In this document: positions 49,931 to 60,779 of the stretch, in pieces
How positions within the stretch are numbered: the stretch's first letter is position 1
How the letters are laid out: each line of letters starts with the position of its first letter
Source of the DNA: a gamma proteobacterium SCGC AAA007-O20
GTDB lineage: Bacteria > Pseudomonadota > Gammaproteobacteria > PS1 > Pseudothioglobaceae
NCBI GenBank assembly: GCA_000213395.2
Contig: AFHY01000001.1
Coordinates: forward strand, 22,227 to 86,226
DNA: 64,000 nucleotides
Direction: 5' to 3'
Program-made: the position numbers and the translations under genes
The notes under the pieces: generated by a model
What the model was told of the DNA's origin: nothing
Database searches by the model: none
Seen by the model: only the letters and a program-made list of their open reading frames with translations

Positions 49931-51058
49931 ATGCTATCAGACCAAACCATGAGAACCAGGCAAATGCCAGATAAGTCATTACTATCTGCGATCATAGCCT
50001 TGATTATTTTTGGCTGGATTATGTCATTTTCAGCTTCACTTGCCTATTTTGAAAGTTATTCATACTTCTTTAAACAAACGCTTTTCATAATAGTCGCTCT
50101 AGCTGCAGGTCTTGGAATTCTCAATACACCGATTTCTATTCTTCAAAAATATTCGATACCTTTATTTATCCTCTCTATTGTTCTCTTGATTGTTGTTTTT
50201 TTTCCTAAGCCAATTGGCCATGAAGTCAATGGCTCATCCCGTTGGATTAATTTTGTTTTCTTTAAGTTTCAACCCTCTGAATTAATGAAACTATCAATGA
50301 TTCTTTTTATGGCAGGCTTTTTAATTCGACAAGAAAAAGATGTTCGTAGTCCCTGGACGGGATTTATTAAAACCTTACTTATTATCGGTATCGCCGATGT
50401 TTTACTTTTACTTGAAACTGATTTTGGCGCCCTATTAATCATTTCTTTGACGGCATTGGCGATGCTTTTTGCAGCTGGTTCATACCTAAAACAACTCAGT
50501 ATAGTTACGACAGGCTTGTTTGGTGTAGTAGGAATATTTGTAGCATTTAACCCCAACCGTTTGGATCGGCTAACATCCTTTTGGAATGATTACACCCAAG
50601 TTCATCAAACATACCAAGCTTTGATAGGCATCGCAAGAGGTGAATGGTTTGGTTCTGGCCTAGGCGGTGGTATTCAAAAATATGCTTTGTTACCTGAAAG
50701 ACATACCGATATGATTTTTGCAACAATTGGTGAAGAGCTAGGAATTGTAGGCATGCTTTTTGTCTTACTTTCATTTTCTTATATTTTAATCAAAGGCTTT
50801 AACATTGCGAAATTAGCATTAAAAAAGGGTAGAAAATATAGCTCCTTTGTTGTCTTTGGTATTTGTACATGGTTTTCAATGCAAGTTACTGTCAATATTG
50901 GTATGAACCTAGCACTCCTTCCCCCAAAAGGTTTTACTCTGCCGCTACTAAGTTATGGAGGAACTTCGATGATTTTTGCCGTCATTTCATTAGCTATTAT
51001 TCTTAGAGTTGATATGGAAAATAATACAAACTACTCAAAGCAAAAAAAATATGTCTAG
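49931..51058 (+). CDS. ftsW: SEDS peptidoglycan polymerase FtsW
   Basis: NGSSRWI, FQPSELMK, LPERHTDMIF..IGEELG, LPLLSYGGTS; upstream of murG. Confidence 0.9.
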   Translation: MLSDQTMRTRQMPDKSLLSAIIALIIFGWIMSFSASLAYFESYSYFFKQTLFIIVALAAGLGILNTPISILQKYSIPLFILSIVLLIVVFFPKPIGHEVNGSSRWINFVFFKFQPSELMKLSMILFMAGFLIRQEKDVRSPWTGFIKTLLIIGIADVLLLLETDFGALLIISLTALAMLFAAGSYLKQLSIVTTGLFGVVGIFVAFNPNRLDRLTSFWNDYTQVHQTYQALIGIARGEWFGSGLGGGIQKYALLPERHTDMIFATIGEELGIVGMLFVLLSFSYILIKGFNIAKLALKKGRKYSSFVVFGICTWFSMQVTVNIGMNLALLPPKGFTLPLLSYGGTSMIFAVISLAIILRVDMENNTNYSKQKKYV

Positions 51059-52097
51059 AAAAGTTCTAATTATGGCAGGCGGCACCGGTGGTCATATTTT
51101 CCCAGCACTTGCAATCGCCAAGGAACTAGCAAATCAAGGCGCTAACATTGAGTGGTTGGGTGGTCGAAATAGTATGGAAGGCTCACTGGTACCAAAACAT
51201 GGCTATCAACTCCATTGCGTACACACTAGTGGTTTAAGAGGGAAAAACCTCCTAACAATTTTGAAAGCTTTTTTCTTACTATGTTTTGGTTTAATTGAAA
51301 CGATTATTGTTTTTCTTAGATTTCGACCTGACAGAGTTGTTGGTATGGGTGGCTATGCTTCGGGTATTGGAGGTATGGTTGCCAAAATATTTTTTGTCCC
51401 CTTAATTATTCATGAACAAAATGCTATCCTAGGCGCTACAAATAAATTGCTCGGAAAGTTTGCTCAACAAAGCCTTCAAGCTTTTGACAATACGTTTGAT
51501 TTATCAATTAATGCTGTAACTGTTGGAAACCCTATTTTTTTTACTCCAGAACCAAAAAATACACCTGAATTAGTAAATAACTTGCTTGTTCTGGGTGGTT
51601 CACTTGGTGCCCAAAAAATAAATGAAGTAATTACAAGTATCAAAACACCATTAAATATATGGCATCAGACCGGTGTCAAACATTTAGAGTCTGTCAAACT
51701 GGCATATCAAAACAATCCGAACACTAATCTTTGTATTGAGTCGTTCATAGAAAATATGGCAGAAGCGTATGCGTGGGCAGATGTGGTTGTGTGTCGTTCT
51801 GGAGCAATGACTGTGTCAGAATTGGTGGCAACTAAAACAATAGCTATTCTTGTTCCTTTTCCTTACGCAGTTGATAACCATCAAACAAAAAATGCTCAAT
51901 ACCTGTCTGATCAGGGTGCTGGTATATTACTTGAAGAGTCTCTTCTAAATGCAGAAACTATAGACAAGCAATTGCGCTCCTTAACCACTAATAAACTAAA
52001 AGACATGACAAGTGCTTTGGAGTCACTTCAAGTACCCAGTCCAGAGAAAATGATTGTCGATTATATATTAATACCTAATCTGTCAAAAAGTAGCTGA
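51051..52097 (+). CDS. murG: Lipid II GlcNAc transferase MurG
   Basis: [32 protein letters not shown]; start moved to ATG 51051. Confidence 0.95.
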   Translation: MSRKVLIMAGGTGGHIFPALAIAKELANQGANIEWLGGRNSMEGSLVPKHGYQLHCVHTSGLRGKNLLTILKAFFLLCFGLIETIIVFLRFRPDRVVGMGGYASGIGGMVAKIFFVPLIIHEQNAILGATNKLLGKFAQQSLQAFDNTFDLSINAVTVGNPIFFTPEPKNTPELVNNLLVLGGSLGAQKINEVITSIKTPLNIWHQTGVKHLESVKLAYQNNPNTNLCIESFIENMAEAYAWADVVVCRSGAMTVSELVATKTIAILVPFPYAVDNHQTKNAQYLSDQGAGILLEESLLNAETIDKQLRSLTTNKLKDMTSALESLQVPSPEKMIVDYILIPNLSKSS

Positions 52098-53002
52098 TCA
52101 TTAGCTACAGTTGGATTATCGGTTGTTAGTAATTGCTCACCATAAAAAATTGAGTTTGCACCAGCAAAAAAACAAAGCGCTTGCATACTTTCGCCCATTT
52201 CAAGTCTTCCTGCAGATAAACGAACAACTGATTTGGGCATCAAAATTCTTGCCACTGCAATGGTTCGCACGAACTCACTTTCACTTGGTGGTTTGACGTT
52301 CTCAAAAGGAGTGCCTGGAATTGGCACTAATAAATTAATAGGAACACTATCAGGATGTACATCTAAATTGGCCAAAGATTGAAGCATTGATGCACGGTCA
52401 GTTTCTGTTTCACCCAAACCCAAGATACCACCACTACAAACGCTAATATCAGCATTTTTTACCGCTTCTAAAGTGTCAAGCCTGTCCTGGAAGTGTCGAG
52501 TCGTTACAACGTTAGAGTAGTGCTCTTTTGAGGTGTCTATATTGTGATTATAGTAATCTAGACCAGCATCCTTCAAGGTAAGGGCTTGCTCCTGAGTGAG
52601 CATACCCAAAGTGACGCATGTTTCCATACCCATCGCTTTTACACCCTTAATCATTGGAATTACTTTGTCAAGACTTTTATCGGTGGGATTTCGCCAAGCA
52701 GCCCCCATACAAAATCTAGAAGCACCTTTGTTTTTCGCTTTTTTTGCTTGTTGTAATACTTGATCAATTTCCATTAATTTTTCTCGCTCTAGACCAGTAT
52801 TGTATTTGGAGCTTTGAGAGCAATAAGAACAATCTTCTGGGCAGGCGCCAGTCTTAATATTTAGTAAAGAACTAACCTGAACCTGGTTTGGATCAAAAAC
52901 CTCTCTGTGTATGCTGTGAGCCATAAAAATTAGGTCACTAAAAGGCATCTCAAAGAGTGCCTTTATTTCATTTAATTGCCAATCATTTCTAACTTCAATC
53001 AT
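52061..53002 (-). CDS. bioB: Biotin synthase
   Basis: [10 protein letters not shown] radical SAM motif, YNHNIDT, VPINLL, GANSIF. Confidence 0.96.
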   Translation of the reverse strand: MIEVRNDWQLNEIKALFEMPFSDLIFMAHSIHREVFDPNQVQVSSLLNIKTGACPEDCSYCSQSSKYNTGLEREKLMEIDQVLQQAKKAKNKGASRFCMGAAWRNPTDKSLDKVIPMIKGVKAMGMETCVTLGMLTQEQALTLKDAGLDYYNHNIDTSKEHYSNVVTTRHFQDRLDTLEAVKNADISVCSGGILGLGETETDRASMLQSLANLDVHPDSVPINLLVPIPGTPFENVKPPSESEFVRTIAVARILMPKSVVRLSAGRLEMGESMQALCFFAGANSIFYGEQLLTTDNPTVANDQLLFDRLGINI

Positions 53003-53064
53003 TTTCTTTTATGAGATTGTTTTAATTAATTTTACCGTATACAGAAGACAGAAAAATAACAATA

Positions 53065-53089
53065 AAAAGCCGCGCATTGCGCGACTTTT
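53065..53089. terminator. Intrinsic terminator after glnA
   Basis: AAAAGCCGCGC-ATT-GCGCGACTTTT. Confidence 0.7.
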
Positions 53090-53110
53090 GATTTTCTTAC
53101 AACTGAATTA

Positions 53111-54517
53111 TTAGCAGCTATAGTATAGATCGAACTCAAGCGGCTGAGGTGACGCCCTCATCGCTGTGACTTCTTGCATTTTTAATTCAATAAATGAATC
53201 AATCACCTCGTCAGTAAAAACACCACCCTGCTTGAGAAATTCACGGTCGGCATCTAACTCTTCAAGTGCTATATGGAGCATACCGCTAACCTTAGGTATA
53301 CCTGTTGTATCAGAGTCATATAGGTCTTGGTCAACAGGTTCACCTGGATGAATCTTGTTCTTAATACCATCAAGACCTGCCATAAGCATCGCAGCAAAAG
53401 CCAGGTATGGGTTTGAAGTTGAATCTGGGAAGCGCACCTCAACACGACGACCTTTTGGATTTGAAACATAAGGAATACGAATCGCAGCAGAACGGTTTTT
53501 AGCTGAATAAGCTAACATTTCAGGTGCTTCAAAACCAGGAACTAGACGTTTGTATGAGTTTGTGGATGGATTGGTAAGGGCATTCAAAGCACGAGCATGC
53601 TTGATAATACCACCAATAAAAAATAGTGCTGTTTCACTGAGGTTGCCATAGCCATCACCGTCAAACATGTTGACACCATCTTTCGCAATTGAAATGTGGA
53701 CATGCATACCATTACCGTTATCAACCGCAATCGGTTTCGGCATGAATGTAGCGGTTTTGCCATAAAGCTGAGCAACGTTATGAACGCAGTACTTTAATAT
53801 CTGTGTTTCGTCGGCCTTTTTCACCAATGTATTGAATAATGCGCCAATTTCACATTGTCCGGCAGTACCGACTTCATGGTGATGGACCTCTGTCGTAACG
53901 CCCATCTCTTCTATCGCCAAACACATTTGAGATCTAAGATCATGCAACGAGTCGACTGGAGGAACTGGGAAGTATCCACCCTTGATGTGTGGACGATGAC
54001 CTTTATTGCCACCCTCTATATCTACACCAGAACTCCAGGCAGCCTCTTCAGAACTAATTTCATAAAAAGCCTTACCCAAACCAAATCCTGCATCCCACTT
54101 GACACTATCAAAGACAAAAAATTCTGGCTCGTTACCAAAATAGGCAGTGTCACCAATTCCTGTCTCTATAAGATAGGCTTCTGCGCGAGTTGCAAGTGAG
54201 CGTGGATCCTTAACATAACCCTTCATATCAGAAGGGTCAACGATATTGCAACGTATATTGAGTGTAACTTCTTCAGTAAAAGGGTCCAAGATAGCTGTCT
54301 CAGGGTCAGGCATCAAAATCATGTCAGAGTCATTAATATCTTTCCACCCAGAGATTGACGAGCCATCAAACATTTGACCGTCTTCTAATTTTTGAGCATC
54401 GATTGTGTGCGAAGGCACACTTACGTGTTGTTCTTTACCTATGGTGTCGGTAAAACGAAAATCAATAAACTTTACGCTTTGATCTTCAATCAATTTAATT
54501 ACATCTTTTGCAGACAT
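53111..54517 (-). CDS. glnA: Glutamine synthetase type I
   Basis: [46 protein letters not shown]. Confidence 0.97.
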   Translation of the reverse strand: MSAKDVIKLIEDQSVKFIDFRFTDTIGKEQHVSVPSHTIDAQKLEDGQMFDGSSISGWKDINDSDMILMPDPETAILDPFTEEVTLNIRCNIVDPSDMKGYVKDPRSLATRAEAYLIETGIGDTAYFGNEPEFFVFDSVKWDAGFGLGKAFYEISSEEAAWSSGVDIEGGNKGHRPHIKGGYFPVPPVDSLHDLRSQMCLAIEEMGVTTEVHHHEVGTAGQCEIGALFNTLVKKADETQILKYCVHNVAQLYGKTATFMPKPIAVDNGNGMHVHISIAKDGVNMFDGDGYGNLSETALFFIGGIIKHARALNALTNPSTNSYKRLVPGFEAPEMLAYSAKNRSAAIRIPYVSNPKGRRVEVRFPDSTSNPYLAFAAMLMAGLDGIKNKIHPGEPVDQDLYDSDTTGIPKVSGMLHIALEELDADREFLKQGGVFTDEVIDSFIELKMQEVTAMRASPQPLEFDLYYSC

Positions 54518-54642
54518 ATTATCTCCTAATATAAATTAGATTAAACATTGACAGGCATTGTCAGGAAAGTCTGCGCCGTTGCAAACAAAATATTGACTCT
54601 CAGAGAGGTCAACATGAGCATTTTTCAGTGATAAATTATATA

Positions 54643-54864
54643 CTAATTCTTTTCAATTAGCAGCACAATCTTTTCATCTCGTTCTTCAATACCAAGAACA
54701 CTATGTCCATGAACTCTGCACCAAGCCGGAATGTCATGCTTAACACCAGGATCAGTTGCAAAGATCTCAATTGTATCACCTACAGATAGATCTCCAATCT
54801 TTTGGCTAAGTTTAATCACTGGCATTGGGCACAATAGCCGAGTTACATCCAACATATGTGTCAT
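54643..54864 (-). CDS. tusA: TusA/SirA family sulfurtransferase
   Basis: [23 protein letters not shown]; start ATG 54864 overlaps the hemF stop. Confidence 0.8.
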   Translation of the reverse strand: MTHMLDVTRLLCPMPVIKLSQKIGDLSVGDTIEIFATDPGVKHDIPAWCRVHGHSVLGIEERDEKIVLLIEKN

Positions 54865-55763
54865 GTAACCCACTCCTTAGGCTTCAAATAATGATTATAT
54901 AGCTTTCCTTCTTCGCTGTCCTTTTCAACTTGGAGTAGATATGACCATTTAACCTCTGGAGGCATTGACAACAAAATCGACTCAGTTCTACCTCCACTTT
55001 GAAGGCCAAACAATGTTCCCCGATCATAAATCAAATTAAATTCTACGTACCGACCTCGGCGATAAAGTTGAAAATTTCTCTCTTTTTCTCCATAAGGGGT
55101 ATCTTTTCGCTTTATGACGATTGGTAGATAAGCATCAGTAAAGTGATTACCCACACTTTTCATAAATTCAAAACACCTATCAAAGCCACCCTCATTAAGG
55201 TCGTCAATAAATAGTCCTCCTATACCACGTTGCTCATCTCTATGTTCTAGATAGAAATAGTCATCACACCATTTTTTGTATTTTGAATAGACCTTTTTAC
55301 CGAAAGGAAGACAAGCTTTTTTAGCGGTCGTATGCCAGTGCACAGCATCCTCATCAAAGCCATAGAAAGGGGTTAAGTCGAAACCACCTCCGAACCACCA
55401 TATAGGCTTCTTTCCAGACTCTTCGGCAACAAAAAAACGTACATTTGCATGGACAGTAGGTATGTATGGATTCTCTGGATGCATCACCAAAGAAACTCCA
55501 AGCGCAGTATATTTTCTACCTTCTAACTCTGGTCGAAAAGCGCTTGCAGACTTTGGCATTTTATTGCCTTGAACGATTGAGAAATTGACGCCCCCCTTCT
55601 CAAAGACATTACCATCACAAATAACACCAGTAATACCACTCCCATTGCCGTCTTCTTTTGTCCAACGATCTATTTCAAAAATAGCTCTACCATCAATCGA
55701 CTCCAAATCAGAGCAAATACTTTCTTGTAACTGGACTAGATATTTTTTTACTTGCCCTATCAT
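54861..55763 (-). CDS. hemF: Oxygen-dependent coproporphyrinogen III oxidase
   Basis: [41 protein letters not shown]. Confidence 0.97.
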   Translation of the reverse strand: MIGQVKKYLVQLQESICSDLESIDGRAIFEIDRWTKEDGNGSGITGVICDGNVFEKGGVNFSIVQGNKMPKSASAFRPELEGRKYTALGVSLVMHPENPYIPTVHANVRFFVAEESGKKPIWWFGGGFDLTPFYGFDEDAVHWHTTAKKACLPFGKKVYSKYKKWCDDYFYLEHRDEQRGIGGLFIDDLNEGGFDRCFEFMKSVGNHFTDAYLPIVIKRKDTPYGEKERNFQLYRRGRYVEFNLIYDRGTLFGLQSGGRTESILLSMPPEVKWSYLLQVEKDSEEGKLYNHYLKPKEWVT

Positions 55764-56311
55764 CGATGGCGTTTCCCTGTCACTAAATTAATTATTATCG
55801 AAGGTTCTGAATTATACTTATTTGGAGGCAATGCATATGAAAGGGCTTGATTAAAATAAGCCTCCAATTCATCCATATTAGAAGCAACTTTTTGGCCTTG
55901 TAAATTAGCACTGGTAGAAATTAGAGCGGATTCGGTATTTTCACAAAAATAACGAACTAACGGATCTGAGGTAATACGCACTGCAACAAGATCACTGGAT
56001 CCACTAATTAAACTTGATGTACTTTCAGATTTAGGCACTAAATAGGTCGTAGGGATAGCAGTTAGCTGACCAAGTTTGTTTATTAAGTTGATGTCAAGAT
56101 TTGTATCAATATAGGGTAATACATACTCTACATCTGAAGCAAGTAATATAAAACCCTTATCAAGATCTCTTTGTTTGAGATCAACCAATGCTTTAATCGC
56201 GCTTGGATTGTTTGCTAAACAAGCTAGACCGTAGACTGTATCTGTAGGGTGCGCAATAACACCTTTCCTTAAATGATGCAAAGCTAACTTTTTTCCAATC
56301 AATAAGTTCAT
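55760..56311 (-). CDS. tsaC: Threonylcarbamoyl-AMP synthase (TsaC/YrdC)
   Basis: [11 protein letters not shown]...KG.I, AVR, STSAN. Confidence 0.9.
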   Translation of the reverse strand: MNLLIGKKLALHHLRKGVIAHPTDTVYGLACLANNPSAIKALVDLKQRDLDKGFILLASDVEYVLPYIDTNLDINLINKLGQLTAIPTTYLVPKSESTSSLISGSSDLVAVRITSDPLVRYFCENTESALISTSANLQGQKVASNMDELEAYFNQALSYALPPNKYNSEPSIIINLVTGKRHR

Positions 56312-57222
56312 TTTTTGGCTCTGGGGTGAAATTCATCATAGACCTTCGATAATTCTAAAAAATCTAAATGGGTATATACTTGGGTGCTTTTAATACTCTT
56401 GTGACCCAAAAACTCTTGCACAGTCCTAAGATCATGACTTGACTGTAGAAAATGAGTCGCTGCAGCATGCCTAAGCATGTGAGGATGAACGTTGACAGTC
56501 ACCCCTACTTCAAGAGCCCTTTTTTTGACAATATTTTGTATAGAGCGAGGGCTAATTCTATGATTATTTTGGTTTACAAATAAGGCATTATTTTCAAAAC
56601 TAGGTCTCTTTGAAAGATATATTTCAACTGCATTAATGGCTGAACTTCCTATTGGTGAAAATCGAGTCTTTCCGCCCTTACCTTTCACTCTGACAAATCC
56701 TTCTTCCAAATCCAGATCATTGATATCAATACCAACCAATTCAGAGACTCTCAAGCCACATGAATACATTAGCTCTATCATAACAACTGCACGTAGCTCA
56801 GAATATAACTCAGAACTCAAAGTCATCATTCTTTTAAGATCATCAAAATCAATTGTTTTAGGTAAAACTTGATCAATTTTAGGAGTCTGGATAGAGATAA
56901 CACAATTTTCAGTCAACACACCTTGTTTCACCAGAAAAGTAAAAAAACCACGTATCGTGGATAAATACCTTCGAATTGATCTTGCAGACACTCCTCGATG
57001 ACGAAGACCCATAACAAACAGATTTACAGTATCAGGTACAATATCTTTCCATTCAGTAACAGAATTTTCTAGACAAAAAGATAGAAACTTAAATAAATCT
57101 CTTTGGTAGGCAGAAATAGTGTTTGAGGCATAAAGTTTCTCGACCTTAAGGTAAGCAACAAATTGATCAATTTGTTCAACTAAAATATGACTTTGGTACT
57201 TGTTTTTTTCCTGATTGACCAT
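56308..57222 (-). CDS. xerC: Tyrosine recombinase XerC/XerD family (probably XerC)
   Basis: ELMYSCGLRVSEL, KGKGGK.R, HPHMLRH..ATH, VQEFLGH..I.STQVYTH. Confidence 0.85.
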   Translation of the reverse strand: MVNQEKNKYQSHILVEQIDQFVAYLKVEKLYASNTISAYQRDLFKFLSFCLENSVTEWKDIVPDTVNLFVMGLRHRGVSARSIRRYLSTIRGFFTFLVKQGVLTENCVISIQTPKIDQVLPKTIDFDDLKRMMTLSSELYSELRAVVMIELMYSCGLRVSELVGIDINDLDLEEGFVRVKGKGGKTRFSPIGSSAINAVEIYLSKRPSFENNALFVNQNNHRISPRSIQNIVKKRALEVGVTVNVHPHMLRHAAATHFLQSSHDLRTVQEFLGHKSIKSTQVYTHLDFLELSKVYDEFHPRAKK

Positions 57223-57259
57223 ATCTTAGCATTTTACGTTAAACGATAAAGGAATTCAG

Positions 57260-59113
57260 ATGAGTCAAAAACAAACACATGCTTTTCAAACAGAAGTATC
57301 TCAACTACTTCACCTAATGGTCCACTCCTTATACTCCAATAAAGAGATTTTCTTAAGGGAGTTGATCTCAAACGCTTCAGACGCAATCGATAGACTCAAA
57401 TTTGAGTCACTGTCAAACGATTCATTGGTTGAGGGAAAAGATAACCCAAACATCCATATTGATGTTGATAAAGATGCAGCAACGATCACTATCAGGGACA
57501 ACGGTATCGGCATGAACCAAGATGAAGTGATGGAAAATATTGGCACCATAGCAAACTCAGGCACTCGAAAATACCTAGAAAGTCTTGATAAAAATCAAGC
57601 TCAAGATTCAAACCTAATCGGACAGTTTGGAGTTGGCTTTTATTCATCCTTCATAGTGTCAAATTCGGTCACCCTTATAAGCCGGAAAGCTGGTGATAAA
57701 AAGGCAAATGGAACAAAATGGATATCAAAAGGAAAAGGTGAATATTCCATCGAAACAATTGAAGTAGAAGATTGTGGAACATCAATAACTCTTGATATCA
57801 AAAAAGCTGAAAAAGAGTTCCTTAATGATCATCGAATTCGTGGTATTGTTTCTAAGTACTCAGACCATATAACAGTTCCAATTATGATGATCAAGTCTTC
57901 AGAAGATGAGAATCTCATTGAATATGAGACAATCAACAAAGCAACTGCTTTTTGGGCGCAAGATAAAAAAGAACTATCACAAAAAGATTATGATGAATTC
58001 TATAAATCATTAACCTATGATTTTGATGGCCCATTGACTCAAATACATAACAAATTGGAAGGAAAACTAGACTATACATCTTTGCTTTTTATACCTAGAA
58101 AAGCACCATTTGATATGTGGGAACCCAAAAGAAAAGGTGGAGTAAAACTCTATGCCAAAAGAGTTTTTATCATGGAAGGTAACGAGGAATTATTACCTCA
58201 ATATCTGCGCTTTATCAAAGGTGTTATCGATACAGATGATTTATCTCTCAATGTTTCTAGAGAAATTTTACAAGGAAGTAAAGTGGTTGATACAATCCGC
58301 AAAGCATCCGTTAAGCGCATCCTATCTGAGTTAGACAAGATGTCAAAAAATAAGCCTGAGGATTATGCAATATTCTGGCAAGAATTTGGCATGGTTATCA
58401 AAGAGGGAGTTGTTGAAGATTTTGCTAATAAAGACAAAATTACAAACCTGTTGCGCTTCGCTACAACTACTAATGACACTGAAGAACAAACAGTATCTCT
58501 TAAAGATTATGTTGAACGTATGAATGATGACCAAAAAACCATTTATTACGTAACTGCCGACAACTATGCTGCCGCTAAAGGTTCACCTCATTTGGAAATT
58601 TTTAAACAAAAAGATATCGAAGTATTGCTTTTATCTGACCGGGTTGATGAGTGGCTTGTTGCAAATTTTGGTGACTATGAAGATTTTCCTCTTAAATCAA
58701 TTGCAAAAGGTGACCTAGAGGACTTGGATTCAAAAGAAGATAAGAAGAAAAAAGAAAAAACAGCCAAAGATTTTGAAAAGGTCATCACTAAGGTGCAAAA
58801 GATTCTTGAAAATCAAGTCAAAGAAGTTAAAGTTTCGAGTCGTCTAAGTGAATCTCCTTCCTGTCTTATTGCTGATGAAAACGAGATGGGTAGCAACATG
58901 GAACGTATCATGAAGTCACTTGGCCAAGATGTCCCTGAAACTAAACCAATTCTTGAAATTAATCCAAAACATCCTTTGGTAAAAAAACTCAAAACCAAGG
59001 TCGATAAAGACCTAGTGAAGGTTTTATTTGATCAGGCGGTACTCAGTGAAGGAGGCCAAATAAAAGAACCTGCTGAGTTTGTCAAGCGTATGAATAAGCT
59101 TATACTTGGCTAA
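57260..59113 (+). CDS. htpG: Chaperone HtpG (Hsp90)
   Basis: YSNKEIFLRELISNASDA, DNGIGM, IGQFGVGFYS, LNVSREILQ. Confidence 0.97.
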   Translation: MSQKQTHAFQTEVSQLLHLMVHSLYSNKEIFLRELISNASDAIDRLKFESLSNDSLVEGKDNPNIHIDVDKDAATITIRDNGIGMNQDEVMENIGTIANSGTRKYLESLDKNQAQDSNLIGQFGVGFYSSFIVSNSVTLISRKAGDKKANGTKWISKGKGEYSIETIEVEDCGTSITLDIKKAEKEFLNDHRIRGIVSKYSDHITVPIMMIKSSEDENLIEYETINKATAFWAQDKKELSQKDYDEFYKSLTYDFDGPLTQIHNKLEGKLDYTSLLFIPRKAPFDMWEPKRKGGVKLYAKRVFIMEGNEELLPQYLRFIKGVIDTDDLSLNVSREILQGSKVVDTIRKASVKRILSELDKMSKNKPEDYAIFWQEFGMVIKEGVVEDFANKDKITNLLRFATTTNDTEEQTVSLKDYVERMNDDQKTIYYVTADNYAAAKGSPHLEIFKQKDIEVLLLSDRVDEWLVANFGDYEDFPLKSIAKGDLEDLDSKEDKKKKEKTAKDFEKVITKVQKILENQVKEVKVSSRLSESPSCLIADENEMGSNMERIMKSLGQDVPETKPILEINPKHPLVKKLKTKVDKDLVKVLFDQAVLSEGGQIKEPAEFVKRMNKLILG

Positions 59114-59130
59114 TACTGATTAATTTAGCG

Positions 59131-59157
59131 AAAAAGCCCGATTTAATCGGGCTTTTT
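59131..59157. terminator. Bidirectional terminator htpG/trmJ
   Basis: AAAAAGCCCGAT-TTA-ATCGGGCTTTTT, overlapping the trmJ stop. Confidence 0.8.
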
Positions 59158-59910
59158 ATTGTATGGCTTAATGCTTGTAAGAATGCCTCTTAGAATTGCC
59201 ACTTCTTCTTTTTCTGGATAACTACGACCAAACAATTTGCGAAGACGACGCATTAGCAAACTTTTTGACCTCTTTTCTTCAAAATAATCAATATACTCGA
59301 GCACCTGTTCAAGATGAATATAGAAGCCTTCTAACTCTTCAAAACTTGCCAATTCGTTATCAAAATTCTCAAAATCTATCTGTATATTACTGACAAAGTT
59401 TTGGTAAGCAAAAACTTGGATTGCTGATGCAACATTCAATGAAGAATAATCAGGATTGCCAGGGATAGTCATGAGAATATGACACAGATCTAATTCTTCA
59501 TTCGTTAGTCCAGAATTCTCAGTCCCAAAAATTACAGCGACCTGTTGTTTAGATTTAGCTAAAGTTTTTTGTATTTCGTTACAAGTGTCTAATACATCCA
59601 TCTGTTTCCATTTAATGTTGCGTTGACGAGCACTTGCACCAATAACTAAGTGCACTCCTTCTAACGCTTCAGCTAAAGAACTACAAACAACAGCGTTGGA
59701 TAAAACATCGTCTGCACCACTAGCCCTTGCAGTTGCAGCAGCTGAAGGATAGTTGGTGGGATTAACTAAAAACAATCGAGAAAGAGACATATTTTTCATA
59801 GCCCTTGCGGCAGCCCCAATATTGCCTGGCTCTGTAGTACCCACCATGACAATCCTCACTTTATCAAAAGCCGCCAAGGTATAATTCGTGTCTTTAATTA
59901 ATTGGCTCAT
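59143..59910 (-). CDS. trmJ: tRNA (C32/U32)-2'-O-methyltransferase TrmJ
   Basis: GNIGAAARAMKNM, FGTENSGLTNEEL, SSLNVA, LRGIL; divergent from suhB. Confidence 0.92.
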   Translation of the reverse strand: MSQLIKDTNYTLAAFDKVRIVMVGTTEPGNIGAAARAMKNMSLSRLFLVNPTNYPSAAATARASGADDVLSNAVVCSSLAEALEGVHLVIGASARQRNIKWKQMDVLDTCNEIQKTLAKSKQQVAVIFGTENSGLTNEELDLCHILMTIPGNPDYSSLNVASAIQVFAYQNFVSNIQIDFENFDNELASFEELEGFYIHLEQVLEYIDYFEEKRSKSLLMRRLRKLFGRSYPEKEEVAILRGILTSIKPYNKKPD

Positions 59911-59915
59911 TAACC

Positions 59916-60716
59916 ATGCATCCTACCGTTAATATTGCAGTTCGAGCTGCCCGTGCAGCTGGTGATGTTGTCCTTAGGTATCACAACCAGATCGATTTAT
60001 TGACCATTGAAAATAAGTCTATCAATGACTTTGTTTCTGAGGTTGATAAAACGGCTGAAAAAGCCATTATAAACGAGATTAAAAAAGTCTTTCCAAATCA
60101 TTCAATTTTAGCTGAAGAGAGTGGTGAAACATTGGGTGACAGTGATTTTCAATGGATTATTGACCCTTTAGACGGAACAACGAACTATCTGCATGGCTTC
60201 CCTCAATACGCTGTTTCGATTGCCTTACTTGAAAAGCAAGTGGTGACTCATGCCGTAATCTATGATCCTTTCAAGGAGGAACTCTTCAACGCTTCAAAAG
60301 GAGAAGGTGCCTATCTTAATAATGAGAGGATCAGAGTTACTATGTCAAACGGACTCCAAGACACATTAATAGGTACAGGATTTCCTTTTAGACACCCAGA
60401 ACACCTTGATTGCTATCTAAAAACCTTTAAAGCCATCCACCCCCATGTATCTGGAATTCGTAGGGCAGGTTCTGCTGCACTTGATTTAGCTTATCTAGCT
60501 ACTGGGCGTTTGGATGGTTTCTGGGAAATAGGCCTTAACTCATGGGATATAGCTGCTGGTTCCTTACTAGTTAAAGAGGCAGGTGGATTTATTGGAGACT
60601 TCTCAGGTAGAGACCAGTACTTAGAGACAGGTAATGTGGTCGCCGGAAATGCTGATGTCTATAAAATCCTACTAAAGACAATTCATCCTCATCTAAGTGA
60701 TGAATTACAGAGATAA
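59916..60716 (+). CDS. suhB: Inositol monophosphatase SuhB
   Basis: WIIDPLDGTTNY, RRAGSAALDLAY, WDIAAG. Confidence 0.95.
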   Translation: MHPTVNIAVRAARAAGDVVLRYHNQIDLLTIENKSINDFVSEVDKTAEKAIINEIKKVFPNHSILAEESGETLGDSDFQWIIDPLDGTTNYLHGFPQYAVSIALLEKQVVTHAVIYDPFKEELFNASKGEGAYLNNERIRVTMSNGLQDTLIGTGFPFRHPEHLDCYLKTFKAIHPHVSGIRRAGSAALDLAYLATGRLDGFWEIGLNSWDIAAGSLLVKEAGGFIGDFSGRDQYLETGNVVAGNADVYKILLKTIHPHLSDELQR

Positions 60717-60779
60717 CACATAATAACGATACCAAAATCTGATGTTGAGCTTACTAGGTTTTTAACTAAACTAGTTAAC

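Noticed and set aside
52061-52097. 37-bp convergent overlap of murG and bioB
   Set aside because: Ordinary in compact genomes
54593-54612. Inverted repeat TTGACTCTC-AG-AGAGGTCAA upstream of glnA
   Set aside because: Imperfect, single copy; cannot distinguish an operator from a weak terminator for tusA
56308-57222. Tyrosine recombinase as a prophage or island integrase
   Set aside because: Typical Xer sequence, translationally coupled to tsaC-hemF housekeeping genes, with no att site or cargo
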